From: SAR202 cluster bacterium
Lineage (GTDB): Bacteria; Chloroflexota; Dehalococcoidia; Lucifugimonadales; UBA1123
Assembly: GCA_030752795.1 (NCBI GenBank)
Contig: JASMDM010000003.1
Coordinates: 10,832-74,831 of the forward strand
DNA: 64,000 nt
Direction of reading: 5' to 3'
The stretch's first letter is position 1. Each line of letters opens with the position of its first letter. Position numbers and translations under genes: made by a program. The notes beneath the pieces are model-generated. The model searched no databases. It was not told where the DNA came from and was given only the letters and a program-made list of their open reading frames with translations. Below, in pieces: positions 20,507-29,079 of this stretch.

Positions 20507-21790
20507 ATGCGTTTACGACGATCCCCGGCTCCACCAACCGACGCTTCGACAGCCAAACCCACGCTGCTGTCAGCCCTGGCTCAATTCCGGATGTTCGAAT
20601 CGCTGCAGATTCGCGACTTCCGGTGGTTGTGGCTAGCCTCCATGGGCTCGTTCATGGCCATGAACATGCAGATGATCACGAGAGGCTGGCTCGTCCTCCG
20701 CCTGGCCGACGACTCTCCCCTGGCGCTGGCATTCGTAATGATGACGTTCTCGGTGCCAATGACACTGGTCTCGCCGCTGGCTGGAGCTCTGTCGGACAGA
20801 ATCCCCCGAAAACGTCTGGTGATTATGAGCCAGGCCGGCAATGGCGTGTTTACGCTCATGCTTGCAGCCCTGGATCTATCCGGAGTTGTCACGTTCTGGA
20901 TGGTTTTGGTAATCGGCGTATTGAACGGATCGATGTCCGCTTTCCAGATGCCGAGTCGCCAGGCGATGATTGCCGACATCGTGCCCGAGTCCAAGCTGAT
21001 GAATGCGATCTCTCTGAACAATTCGGGGATGAACATATCGCGCATCGTTGGCCCTGCTCTGGCGGGCGTGCTGATCATTTTCATCGAGACCGCCGGTGTT
21101 TTCTTCGTAGTGGGCGGCGTGTATCTGGTCTCGGTTGCGGCGGTCATGAGGATCACCGGGACGCAGGTGATAATCGACCGCCCTCGCAAGAGCGTTCTAG
21201 GAGACATACGCGAGGGCCTGGTGTACGTTGCCGCCGACCCAGTGCGACGCGGTCTCATTATCATGGCGATCATTCCGGAGCTATTCGGGTTCTCGTTCTT
21301 CGTCCTGCTTCCCGCGTGGGCGCGAGAGGCTTTGGACGTGCAATCGGACGGCCTTGGGATGCTCCTAACGTTCATGGGAATCGGCGCGTTGGCGGGAACC
21401 CTCATCCTCGCTTCAATGAACAATTTGAGCCGACGAGGGATGGTCGTCGTGGTCTCGTGCGTGCTGTGGGGAATCGGGTTGACGTTCAGCTCGCAAGTGA
21501 CATCCTACGTCCTGGCGGTGCCGCTGCTGCTGTTTGTCGGCTTTGTCAGCGCGCTGTTTATGTCCCTGAGCGTGACGCTCATACAGCTCAACTCCGCTCC
21601 CGAGATGCGGGGCCGGATGATGAGCGTACGCATGATGACGCTCGGGTTCATGCCGGTGACTTCCGTGCCGTTTGGGGCCGTCGCGGAGCGCATCGGGACT
21701 CCGGACGCGCTGCTCATCAGCGGGGTGCTTCTGATGGTGGTCACAATCGTGTTCGCGCTGGCCAGCCCCGGTTTCAGAAGGATCAAGTGA
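20507..21790 (+). CDS. MFS transporter (MFS_3/EntS-like)
   Basis: RDFRWLW, GALSDRIPRK, PSRQAMI, NAISLN, GPALAG, PEMRGRMMS. Confidence 0.9.
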   Translation: MRLRRSPAPPTDASTAKPTLLSALAQFRMFESLQIRDFRWLWLASMGSFMAMNMQMITRGWLVLRLADDSPLALAFVMMTFSVPMTLVSPLAGALSDRIPRKRLVIMSQAGNGVFTLMLAALDLSGVVTFWMVLVIGVLNGSMSAFQMPSRQAMIADIVPESKLMNAISLNNSGMNISRIVGPALAGVLIIFIETAGVFFVVGGVYLVSVAAVMRITGTQVIIDRPRKSVLGDIREGLVYVAADPVRRGLIIMAIIPELFGFSFFVLLPAWAREALDVQSDGLGMLLTFMGIGALAGTLILASMNNLSRRGMVVVVSCVLWGIGLTFSSQVTSYVLAVPLLLFVGFVSALFMSLSVTLIQLNSAPEMRGRMMSVRMMTLGFMPVTSVPFGAVAERIGTPDALLISGVLLMVVTIVFALASPGFRRIK

Positions 21791-21967
21791 CGGCGAGGTC
21801 GGGTCGGGCGCTCCCGCATGCGGGATCTATCAACGGGCAGGTGCAACGAGCGGTTTTCGTGGCGTTCCCCAAGGCGCCAGAATATCCCAGCGCCGCGTCT
21901 GTCAACGATTGGCGCTTGGCTCGCGCCAATTTTTCCATTCACCGCCCCGGATATCGCTAACACTGCC

Positions 21968-22767
21968 ATGATTATCGACGCACACGTACATCTGTCGCTC
22001 TACGACGGCAACGCAAATTCCCTCGCAGACAGCAAAACCGTATTGCTGGACGAGATGCGTCGACGCGGCATCGATCGCGCGATCGTCATTCCGGACAGCC
22101 AAGAAGCGCGCTATGACATCGCGGGTTTCGAAACCGCGCGTACGCTCATCGACGATGCTGATCCACTCGATTTGTTAGGCAGCCCCGATATCCTGGACGG
22201 CCGAGTGCAGGATTTCGACCGATACGAAATATTACTGGCGGACAGGACGATTCACGGTTTGAAGTTCTTTCCTGGTCACGAGCCGTACTATCCCACTGAC
22301 AGCAGATGCCTTCCCTACTACGAGATTGGCCAGCGTCAACGCCTACCAGTCGTGTTCCACACAGGTGAGAATCCCGAAAATCGCGACGCGGCGAGATTCA
22401 ACGACCCCAAGTACATCGCCGAGGTCACCGAAAGATTTCCGGCCCTAAGTGTAGTAATCACCCACTATTTCTGGCCTCGGATCGAATACTGCTACGAAGT
22501 GACAAAAGATGTCCCCAACATTGACTTCGAGCTCGCCGGAACTGCAGACGGAGCAGTAGTTCGAGCATCTGGAGGGATAGGCGCGATGCGAGACGTGTTG
22601 GGACGCATGATTCAGGATCATCCGAGTCAAGTCATGCTCGGAACCGACTGGCCGATGTGCAACATTCAAGGTCACCTGGATCTTGTCGATTCGCTCGGAT
22701 TAAATCAACCGACCGCAACAGGGTGCTGGGTGGAAACGCGGCGGCCGTTTTCGAACTGCCGGTATGA
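21968..22767 (+). CDS. Amidohydrolase_2 family metal-dependent hydrolase, with a -1 frameshift near the C-terminus
   Basis: IIDAHVH, GLKFFP, VVFHTG, VITH, MLGTDWP. The family-like terminal helix (DRNRVLGGNAAAVFEL, stop 22765-22767) lies in another frame after about 22707; as written the ORF ends at 22783. Confidence 0.8.
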
Positions 22768-22915
22768 CATAACGAATCCGTGACGTGTGGTTCTTGATCA
22801 CGTTGATTCTCTGTTCCTGGGCGTCGAGGCCATAGCCGGGAGGCGGCTGCGGAATTGGTGGACGCATCGGCCGCGGGAACGAGCCGGGAGGGACGAGCCC
22901 CGCAATCGAGGATAG

Positions 22916-22958
22916 AAAGAAAAAAGAAAGGACGGGCGCATGCGAGAGCCCGTCCTTT
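22916..22958 (-). terminator. Rho-independent terminator of the deiodinase-like gene
   Basis: aaaggacgggc / gcccgtccttt stem followed on the minus strand by a T-rich tract (ctttttttctttc). Confidence 0.8.
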
Positions 22959-22997
22959 GTTCGTCTGATTGGTTCGGATGCCCGAGATGACTGAGTT

Positions 22998-23582
22998 CTA
23001 GTCCCCGTCACCGCCGACCGGCACGCTCACGTCGGCCATGCCTTCCGCTCGGAGCTCTTGGAGCACCTTCACGACCTCTTCGTGCATGGTCCACGTCGAC
23101 TTGTAGACGACCCTGCCCGTTTTGTCGATGACGTAGATCATGTTGGGCAAGCCACCGAACATCTTGTGGATCGCCTCGTCATATCCGTCGATCAAAACCG
23201 GAACTTTCATGCCATGGTCCTCAACGAGCTCGCACGCGTAGCCTGTCTTGTGTTCATAACTCGTATGCTTTGAGTACTGCTCGAATCGCTTTCTACCAGC
23301 ATGAGGCTCCCGCATGTACACGTTCAAAATCTGGATGTTGCCCGCGAACTCCTCGGCGGTTTCTTCCACTACGGCAACCTGCCGCAGATAGGGGGGTCAG
23401 GTGATCGCGCCGAACTCAATCACAAGATGCTTCTTGCTCAAGAAGTCGGCCGCGTCGATCCAGTCGCCTTCCGTGGTTTGCAACCGGAACGTTGGAGCCT
23501 GGGAACTTGGTTCGATGATCGTTTTGAAGTCTTTAAAAAAGCCGCCTTGTTCTCGGGTTGACCTTCCTCCGGGCTGTCGCAA
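22998..23582 (-). CDS. Iodothyronine deiodinase-like thioredoxin-fold selenoprotein (UGA=Sec at 23397-23399)
   Basis: ORFs 23397..23582 and 22998..23369 share a frame and join through TGA: HLVIEFGAIT-U-PPYLRQV...NVYMREPH...PVLIDG...GGLPNMIYVIDKTGRVVY. SECIS-like hairpin follows the TGA; 5' end uncertain. Confidence 0.85.
23369..23387 (-). promoter_or_regulatory. Bacterial SECIS-like hairpin
   Basis: mRNA CUGCGGC-AGGUU-GCCGUAG; loop starts 17 nt after UGA, G at loop position 2. Confidence 0.75.
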
Positions 23583-23825
23583 TTACGCTGACTTGTCGCT
23601 ACACGTCGACCGGTCGCGGTGGAAGACTCGGATAGTCTGCTCGTGGTTCCATGTGGGCTTCCTCCTGCCATGCAATCCTTGAATATATTCGTAACGCCGA
23701 GTCGCGACGACCAAGGCATTGCCCCATTTGGCGACCGGTGTGCATCAGCCTGCGATCGTTGTCAACCACGGCTCGCTTGACGTCTATACCGCATCGATCC
23801 GAGGCGCCGATTGGCTGCGGTGGTT

Positions 23826-23864
23826 TTGACCGCTGGCTATCATAGTGATATTATTTTCATAGCA
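23826..23864 (+). promoter_or_regulatory. Sigma70 promoter overlapped by a putative operator
   Basis: TTGACC (23826) - 17 nt - TATTAT (23849), overlapped by GCTATCA-tag-TGATATTA-ttt-TCATAGCA. Confidence 0.55.
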
Positions 23865-23938
23865 TATAGAGATTGAAGACCGTCCGTTGGACCGTGAATA
23901 TCGTCTCGAGAAAGCGGCACTCCCAGGAAGCATGGACA

Positions 23939-24799
23939 ATGATTCAGGAGAAAAGAGCTCTCGCAGTTAATGGTTGGCCGGTCGTGATTATAGGAGTCGC
24001 TTGCATCGCCGGATTTGCGGTCTCCGTCATCAACGAGGTGATCGCCGGTTGGATCGTGTCGGCCGTGGGCGTCGCGATCGGCGCGTTGATCGCGGCCGGA
24101 TTGTTCATCGTGAACCCGAACGAAGCGAAGGTCGTCCAGCTCTTCGGAAAATACGCTGGCACCGCTAAACAGCCAGGGCTCTGGTGGATGAACCCGTTCG
24201 CCTATCCGAAGCTAAAAGTGTCCCAGCGAGTTCGCAATTTCGAGAGCGGCCGGCTGAAGGTCAACGACCGCGACGGCAATCCCGTCGAGATCGCCTCAGT
24301 CGTCGTGTGGAAGGTCGACGACACGGCGGACGCCGTATTCCAGGTGGACGACTACGAAAACTTCGTGCAGGTGCAAAGCGAGGCGGCTCTTAGGAACATG
24401 GCCACCACGTACCCGTACGACACCGACGTCGACAGCGAGCTCGCACCGAGGCGCAGCAACGTAGAGATTACAGACAAGCTGCGCTCGGAGATCCAGGATA
24501 GGCTTACGAAGGCGGGCATCGACGTGATCGAAGCGAGGATCAGCCACATCGCCTACGCCGCGGAAATCGCGGGCGCGATGCTTCGACGCCAACAGGCCGG
24601 GGCCGTGGTGGCGGCAAGGACTCAGATCGTCGAAGGCGCGGTTGGAATGGTGGAGATGGCCCTCGAGGCCCTGACGAAGAAAGAGGTGGTCCAACTCGAC
24701 GAAGAACGCAAAGCCACGATGGTGAGCAACTTGATGGTCGTGCTATGCGGTGACAGAGAGGCGCAGCCCGTCGTCAACACCGGCACGCTGTATCAGTAG
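23939..24799 (+). CDS. SPFH (Band 7) domain membrane protein
   Basis: Two N-terminal TMs, LFGKYAGT, KVNDRDGNPVEIA, ISHIAYAAEIAGAMLRRQQA, VSNLMVVLC...QPVVNTGTLY. Confidence 0.9.
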   Translation: MIQEKRALAVNGWPVVIIGVACIAGFAVSVINEVIAGWIVSAVGVAIGALIAAGLFIVNPNEAKVVQLFGKYAGTAKQPGLWWMNPFAYPKLKVSQRVRNFESGRLKVNDRDGNPVEIASVVVWKVDDTADAVFQVDDYENFVQVQSEAALRNMATTYPYDTDVDSELAPRRSNVEITDKLRSEIQDRLTKAGIDVIEARISHIAYAAEIAGAMLRRQQAGAVVAARTQIVEGAVGMVEMALEALTKKEVVQLDEERKATMVSNLMVVLCGDREAQPVVNTGTLYQ

Positions 24800-24805
24800 C
24801 CGATC

Positions 24806-24991
24806 ATGGCGAAGAAGAAGGCTTTCCTGCTGCGGCTGGACCCTGTCGTCCTCGAATCCTTGCAGCGATGGGCGGCGGATGACCTCCGCAGTGCGAACGC
24901 CCAGGCCGAATTCCTGCTGCGTCGAGCGCTGCACAGCGCCGGGCGGCTGAACGACCGCAACGTCCCCGCAGCCGAAAATGGCGAGGAATAG
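24806..24991 (+). CDS. Small Arc/ribbon-helix-helix DNA-binding protein
   Basis: KKAFLLRLDP...WAADDLRSANAQAEFLLRRAL; the usual partner downstream of this SPFH subfamily. Confidence 0.8.
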   Translation: MAKKKAFLLRLDPVVLESLQRWAADDLRSANAQAEFLLRRALHSAGRLNDRNVPAAENGEE

Positions 24992-25037
24992 ACGGATCGG
25001 GACATTCCGCCCGCGGCGACTCAGTCTTGGGGGTGTG

Positions 25038-27137
25038 TCAGTCCGCTGGAGTGGACGCTACGTCGCGCTCCGGGGGCGTGGAGGCCATTTCCGTTAGCTC
25101 AGCGAGCGGTATGTGGCAGTAGACGTCGTGCCCTTCTTCGGTTCCTTCCAGGCGTGACGGAGGCGTTGAATCGCAGACATCGCCGACTTTCCGAGGGCAC
25201 CTGCCCGCAAAGAAGCATCCTTTGAACGCGGATCGGAGCGTCGGCACGGATCCTTCGAGGCGGATATGCGCCGGCTCGGCGTCGGGGTCCGGCACTGGGG
25301 CCGCCGACAGCAGCGCTTCAGTGTACGGATGCGACGGCGTGTTCAATACAGCTTCGGCTGGCCCGTATTCGGCCACGTGTCCCGCGTACAGTACGAGGAT
25401 GTCGTCGGACACGTACCGGACCACGCCGAGATCGTGCGTGATGAACATGTATGAGGTCCCTGTTTCGCGCTGATGTTCTTCGAGCAGGTTGAGCACCTGC
25501 GCCTGGACCGATACGTCCAGGGCCGAAACAGCCTCGTCAGCTACGATAAGCGTAGGATTGGCGGAGAACGCTCCAGCAAGTGCGACGCGTTGCTGCTCTC
25601 CCCCGCTGAGCTCCACCGGGTGTCGATCGAGATAGGTCGGGTCGAGCCCAACGGCTTCCATCAGCTCGACAGCTCGGTCCTCGCTTTCGCTTTTGCTGAG
25701 TCCGGCCAGTTTTCGCAGCGAGCGGATGATGGCGTGGCGAACAGGCAGTCTAGGATTCAACGACGCCGTCGGATTCTGGAACACCATTCGCATGGCGGCT
25801 CTCTGGTCACCGGTCCGATCCTCGACGCTTCGCGCCAGATCGTCGCCCTCGAGCTGCAGGTCGCCACTGCTGCGCGGCACCAGACCGACGACAGCGCGAG
25901 CCGCGGTCGTCTTTCCTGAGCCGCTCTCGCCAACAACGCCCAAGGTTCGACCGGAGCCTATGTCGAAGTCGATATCCACCAAGGCGCGGACAGGCGGCCT
26001 GCCCTTGGGTCCAAAGAATCCGTATCTTTTTCGCTGACGCCCGTAGAAACGGCGCAACCCGCGCGCCTCCAACACGGGCTCGGGTTCTTCGTCTGTCAGT
26101 TCTTCGACTCGTATTTGCGACTCGCCCCAGATTTCAGGCGCAACATCGTCCGGAAACAGACAACGTGCGAAGTGGCCGTCACCCGTGCTGGCCATCGACG
26201 GCGCTTGATTGTTGCAAGATTCCTGAGCGATCGGACATCGCAGCGCGAATAGGCATGACTCACCGCCCTCTTCCTGGGCCGTATACACGGCACCGGGGAT
26301 GCTGGTGAGCCGATCGCCCTGACCTTCGTCCGTGGGCGGCTGCGGCACGCACGAAATCAGGCCCGAGGTATACGGGTGCCTGGGAGACTTGAAAATGTCT
26401 CGTGCGAGGCCGTGCTCCACGGTCTGGCCCGCGTACATGACGGTCACTCGATCCGCGACTCGGGCGATAACGCCAAGGTTATGGCTGACGAATAGGATCG
26501 CGGCAGAAACTCGGTCTTTGAGTTCGATCACCAGGTCGAGAATCGTCGCTTCGGTGGTTACGTCGAGACCGGTCGTCGGCTCGTCCATGATCAGCAAGTG
26601 TGGGTCGCATGCCAACGCCATCGCTATGACAACGCGCTGCTGCATTCCGCCGCTCAGTTGGTGAGGGTAACGCCGCCCTATGCGCGTCGGATCCGCGAGG
26701 CCAACACTCTCGAACAATTCGGCCGTTCGCTCTCGAGATTGTTCGGAGTTGAGGTCTGTGTGACGCTTCAACACCTCTTCCAACTGCGGGCCGACCCTCA
26801 TCGTGGGGTTCAGCGCTGTCGCCGGGTCCTGATAGACCATCGCGATGCGGGAGCCTCGCAAGTCTTGGAGCTCCGCGGCAGGCATCGTCGAGACGTCGGC
26901 GCCTTCGAACAGGATGTCGCCGTCGACCCGGGTGATGCCAGGCAGGTATCCCATCATCGCGAATGCGACGGTGGACTTTCCGCATCCGGATTCGCCGACC
27001 AGTCCCAGGACTTCACCGGGCCTGATCTCGAACGAGACGTCACGCACCGCGCGTACGGTGCCTCTCGGAGTGAAAAATGTTACGGCGAGGTCTCGGACCT
27101 CAGCAACCGGCACATCGACCGGTCGTGCGTCAATCAT
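25038..27137 (-). CDS. Fused double ABC ATPase (DppD-DppF-like)
   Basis: Two Walker A motifs (GESGCGKS, GESGSGKT), two signature motifs, two Cys-rich HPY domains. Confidence 0.92.
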   Translation of the reverse strand: MIDARPVDVPVAEVRDLAVTFFTPRGTVRAVRDVSFEIRPGEVLGLVGESGCGKSTVAFAMMGYLPGITRVDGDILFEGADVSTMPAAELQDLRGSRIAMVYQDPATALNPTMRVGPQLEEVLKRHTDLNSEQSRERTAELFESVGLADPTRIGRRYPHQLSGGMQQRVVIAMALACDPHLLIMDEPTTGLDVTTEATILDLVIELKDRVSAAILFVSHNLGVIARVADRVTVMYAGQTVEHGLARDIFKSPRHPYTSGLISCVPQPPTDEGQGDRLTSIPGAVYTAQEEGGESCLFALRCPIAQESCNNQAPSMASTGDGHFARCLFPDDVAPEIWGESQIRVEELTDEEPEPVLEARGLRRFYGRQRKRYGFFGPKGRPPVRALVDIDFDIGSGRTLGVVGESGSGKTTAARAVVGLVPRSSGDLQLEGDDLARSVEDRTGDQRAAMRMVFQNPTASLNPRLPVRHAIIRSLRKLAGLSKSESEDRAVELMEAVGLDPTYLDRHPVELSGGEQQRVALAGAFSANPTLIVADEAVSALDVSVQAQVLNLLEEHQRETGTSYMFITHDLGVVRYVSDDILVLYAGHVAEYGPAEAVLNTPSHPYTEALLSAAPVPDPDAEPAHIRLEGSVPTLRSAFKGCFFAGRCPRKVGDVCDSTPPSRLEGTEEGHDVYCHIPLAELTEMASTPPERDVASTPAD

Positions 27138-28068
27138 GGTCCCCTCCTACAGGTAGGCCACGCGCCTGCCGGAGCCCGTCCGTCAACAGGTTTACGCCAA
27201 CGACCAACGAAGCCACGCCCGCGGCTGGTGCCAGCCCGATCCACGGGGCGTCTACCAGGAAGTTGCGGCTCTCGCTAATCATGAGGCCCCAATCCGGCGA
27301 CGGGGGTTGGACACCAAGTCCCAGGAACCCGAGTGAAGAGGCCAGCAGAATAGCGTAGCTCAATCGCACGGAGGCTTCCACGGCCAGCACTGGGATGGCG
27401 TTCGGCAGGATCTCCCTGAAGATGATGTACAGCGCGGGTTCGCCTCGGAGACGCGCGCTTTGGACAAATTCAAGAGTTTTCAGAGACAGCGTTACGCTGC
27501 GAAGCACCCGAGCGACTCTCGGCATGAACACCACGCCGATTGTCGCGATGATATTTTCGTGATTGGCACCGAGCGTGCTTAGGACCAGCAACGCGAGCAA
27601 CAAGGACGGGAACGACATCAGCCCGTCCATCACGCGCATGACGATCTCGTCGGTGCGGCCGCCTTTGTAGCCGCTGCTCATGCCGACGACCGTGCCCAGG
27701 AAGATCCCGAGCCCAGCTCCCGCAACGGATACGGCGATTATCGAGCTCGCTCCGGACATGACCCTGGACAAGACGTCCCGTCCAGCGTTGTCCGTACCTA
27801 GCCAATAGGTGGTATTGGGGCTCTGGAGTTGGAGCACCCTGTTATCCTCGTCGCGTTGAAAATCTGTTGCTGAATAAGGAGCCAACAGCGGCCCGACAGT
27901 CGCCAAGATCAAATGGAATATGACCAGCGGCAACCCGATTTTTCCCGCGGTGGTGCGCAGCGCCAACGCCAGTTCATTGCGCAGCATCCGCCCGGAAGCG
28001 GCCACTCCGTTGACAATCGCTTGCCCGAATCGCGAACCCTGTTGGGACGTCGTTGCTGAAGAAGCCAT
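27130..28068 (-). CDS. ABC transporter permease (DppC-like)
   Basis: LGTDNAGRDVLSRV, EFVQSARLRGE, SLGFLGLGVQPPSPDWG. Confidence 0.92.
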   Translation of the reverse strand: MASSATTSQQGSRFGQAIVNGVAASGRMLRNELALALRTTAGKIGLPLVIFHLILATVGPLLAPYSATDFQRDEDNRVLQLQSPNTTYWLGTDNAGRDVLSRVMSGASSIIAVSVAGAGLGIFLGTVVGMSSGYKGGRTDEIVMRVMDGLMSFPSLLLALLVLSTLGANHENIIATIGVVFMPRVARVLRSVTLSLKTLEFVQSARLRGEPALYIIFREILPNAIPVLAVEASVRLSYAILLASSLGFLGLGVQPPSPDWGLMISESRNFLVDAPWIGLAPAAGVASLVVGVNLLTDGLRQARGLPVGGDHD

Positions 28069-29012
28069 TACGCCAACCTTATCCGCGGATTGAGTACGCC
28101 GTAGCAAAGATCAGCCGCAAGGTTGCTCACCGCGTATGTGACCGCGATTAGCAACGACAAAGCCTGCAACAGCGGCACGTCACGTGAATCGATCGATTCC
28201 AAAAGCAGCCGTCCAAGACCGGGGTACGAGAACACGTTCTCGACGATGATAAGCCCACCGAGCATCCATCCCAGATTCATGGCGATGATGCTGATGGTCG
28301 GGAGCATGGCATTGGGAACGACATGGCGGAGGAGGACGCGTCGCATCGGGAGGCCTTTTAGGATTGCCGTGCGAACATAGTGTGTCTCCATGACTTCGAT
28401 GACGTTCGCTCGGGTCATGCGCATAACGTATGCAAATAAGACTCCGGTCAGTGTGAGGACCGGCAAAACGAGTATTGACGGGCTGGTTAACGGATTAGTG
28501 CCTGGGAATATGAAACTGGAAGACGGCAACCAATGCAGGGTGGTGGAGAAGATCACCATGAGCAATATTCCGGTGACAAACTCCGGCAAGGAGATCGCCA
28601 CGAGGCTGCCAACGCTCATCGTATGGTCGCCCCAGGAATCGCGCTTGACCCCCGCCCATATTCCGGCGAGTATCGCGGAGGGAACTGATACTGCGAACGT
28701 AAACACGGCGAGGATCAGGGAGTTCCCGATTCTGCCGCCGATGACCTCGGTTATCGGCGTTTTTCGAATTAACGATTCTCCGAGATCGCCGCGCACCACG
28801 CCGCCCATCCACTCCGCGTAACGTACAACGGGCGAACGGTCCAGTCCGAGCTCAGCTCGCCTGGCCTTCAGGTTTTCCTCGGTGGCGCCTTGGCGCAGGC
28901 TCATGACAGCCGCGTCGCCCGGGAGTATCTCAGTGACGGCAAAGATCGCCAGCGACACTACGAAAAGTGTCACGACTATGAGACCGGTCCGTACCATGAG
29001 AAAACGCGCCAT
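28068..29012 (-). CDS. ABC transporter permease (DppB-like)
   Basis: LPGDAA, LGLDR, GDLGES, YVRTAILKGL, FSYPGLG, NPRIR. Confidence 0.92.
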   Translation of the reverse strand: MARFLMVRTGLIVVTLFVVSLAIFAVTEILPGDAAVMSLRQGATEENLKARRAELGLDRSPVVRYAEWMGGVVRGDLGESLIRKTPITEVIGGRIGNSLILAVFTFAVSVPSAILAGIWAGVKRDSWGDHTMSVGSLVAISLPEFVTGILLMVIFSTTLHWLPSSSFIFPGTNPLTSPSILVLPVLTLTGVLFAYVMRMTRANVIEVMETHYVRTAILKGLPMRRVLLRHVVPNAMLPTISIIAMNLGWMLGGLIIVENVFSYPGLGRLLLESIDSRDVPLLQALSLLIAVTYAVSNLAADLCYGVLNPRIRLA

Positions 29013-29035
29013 TAAATGGGGCCACCCTTATGGGT

Positions 29036-29065
29036 GGAGGGTCGCCCTTTTGCGGGCGACCCTCC
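29036..29065 (-). terminator. Intercistronic stem-loop after the binding-protein gene (mRNA stabiliser or attenuator)
   Basis: ggagggtcgccc / gggcgaccctcc perfect 12-bp stem. Confidence 0.65.
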
Positions 29066-29079
29066 GGTTGATTCAGAGC

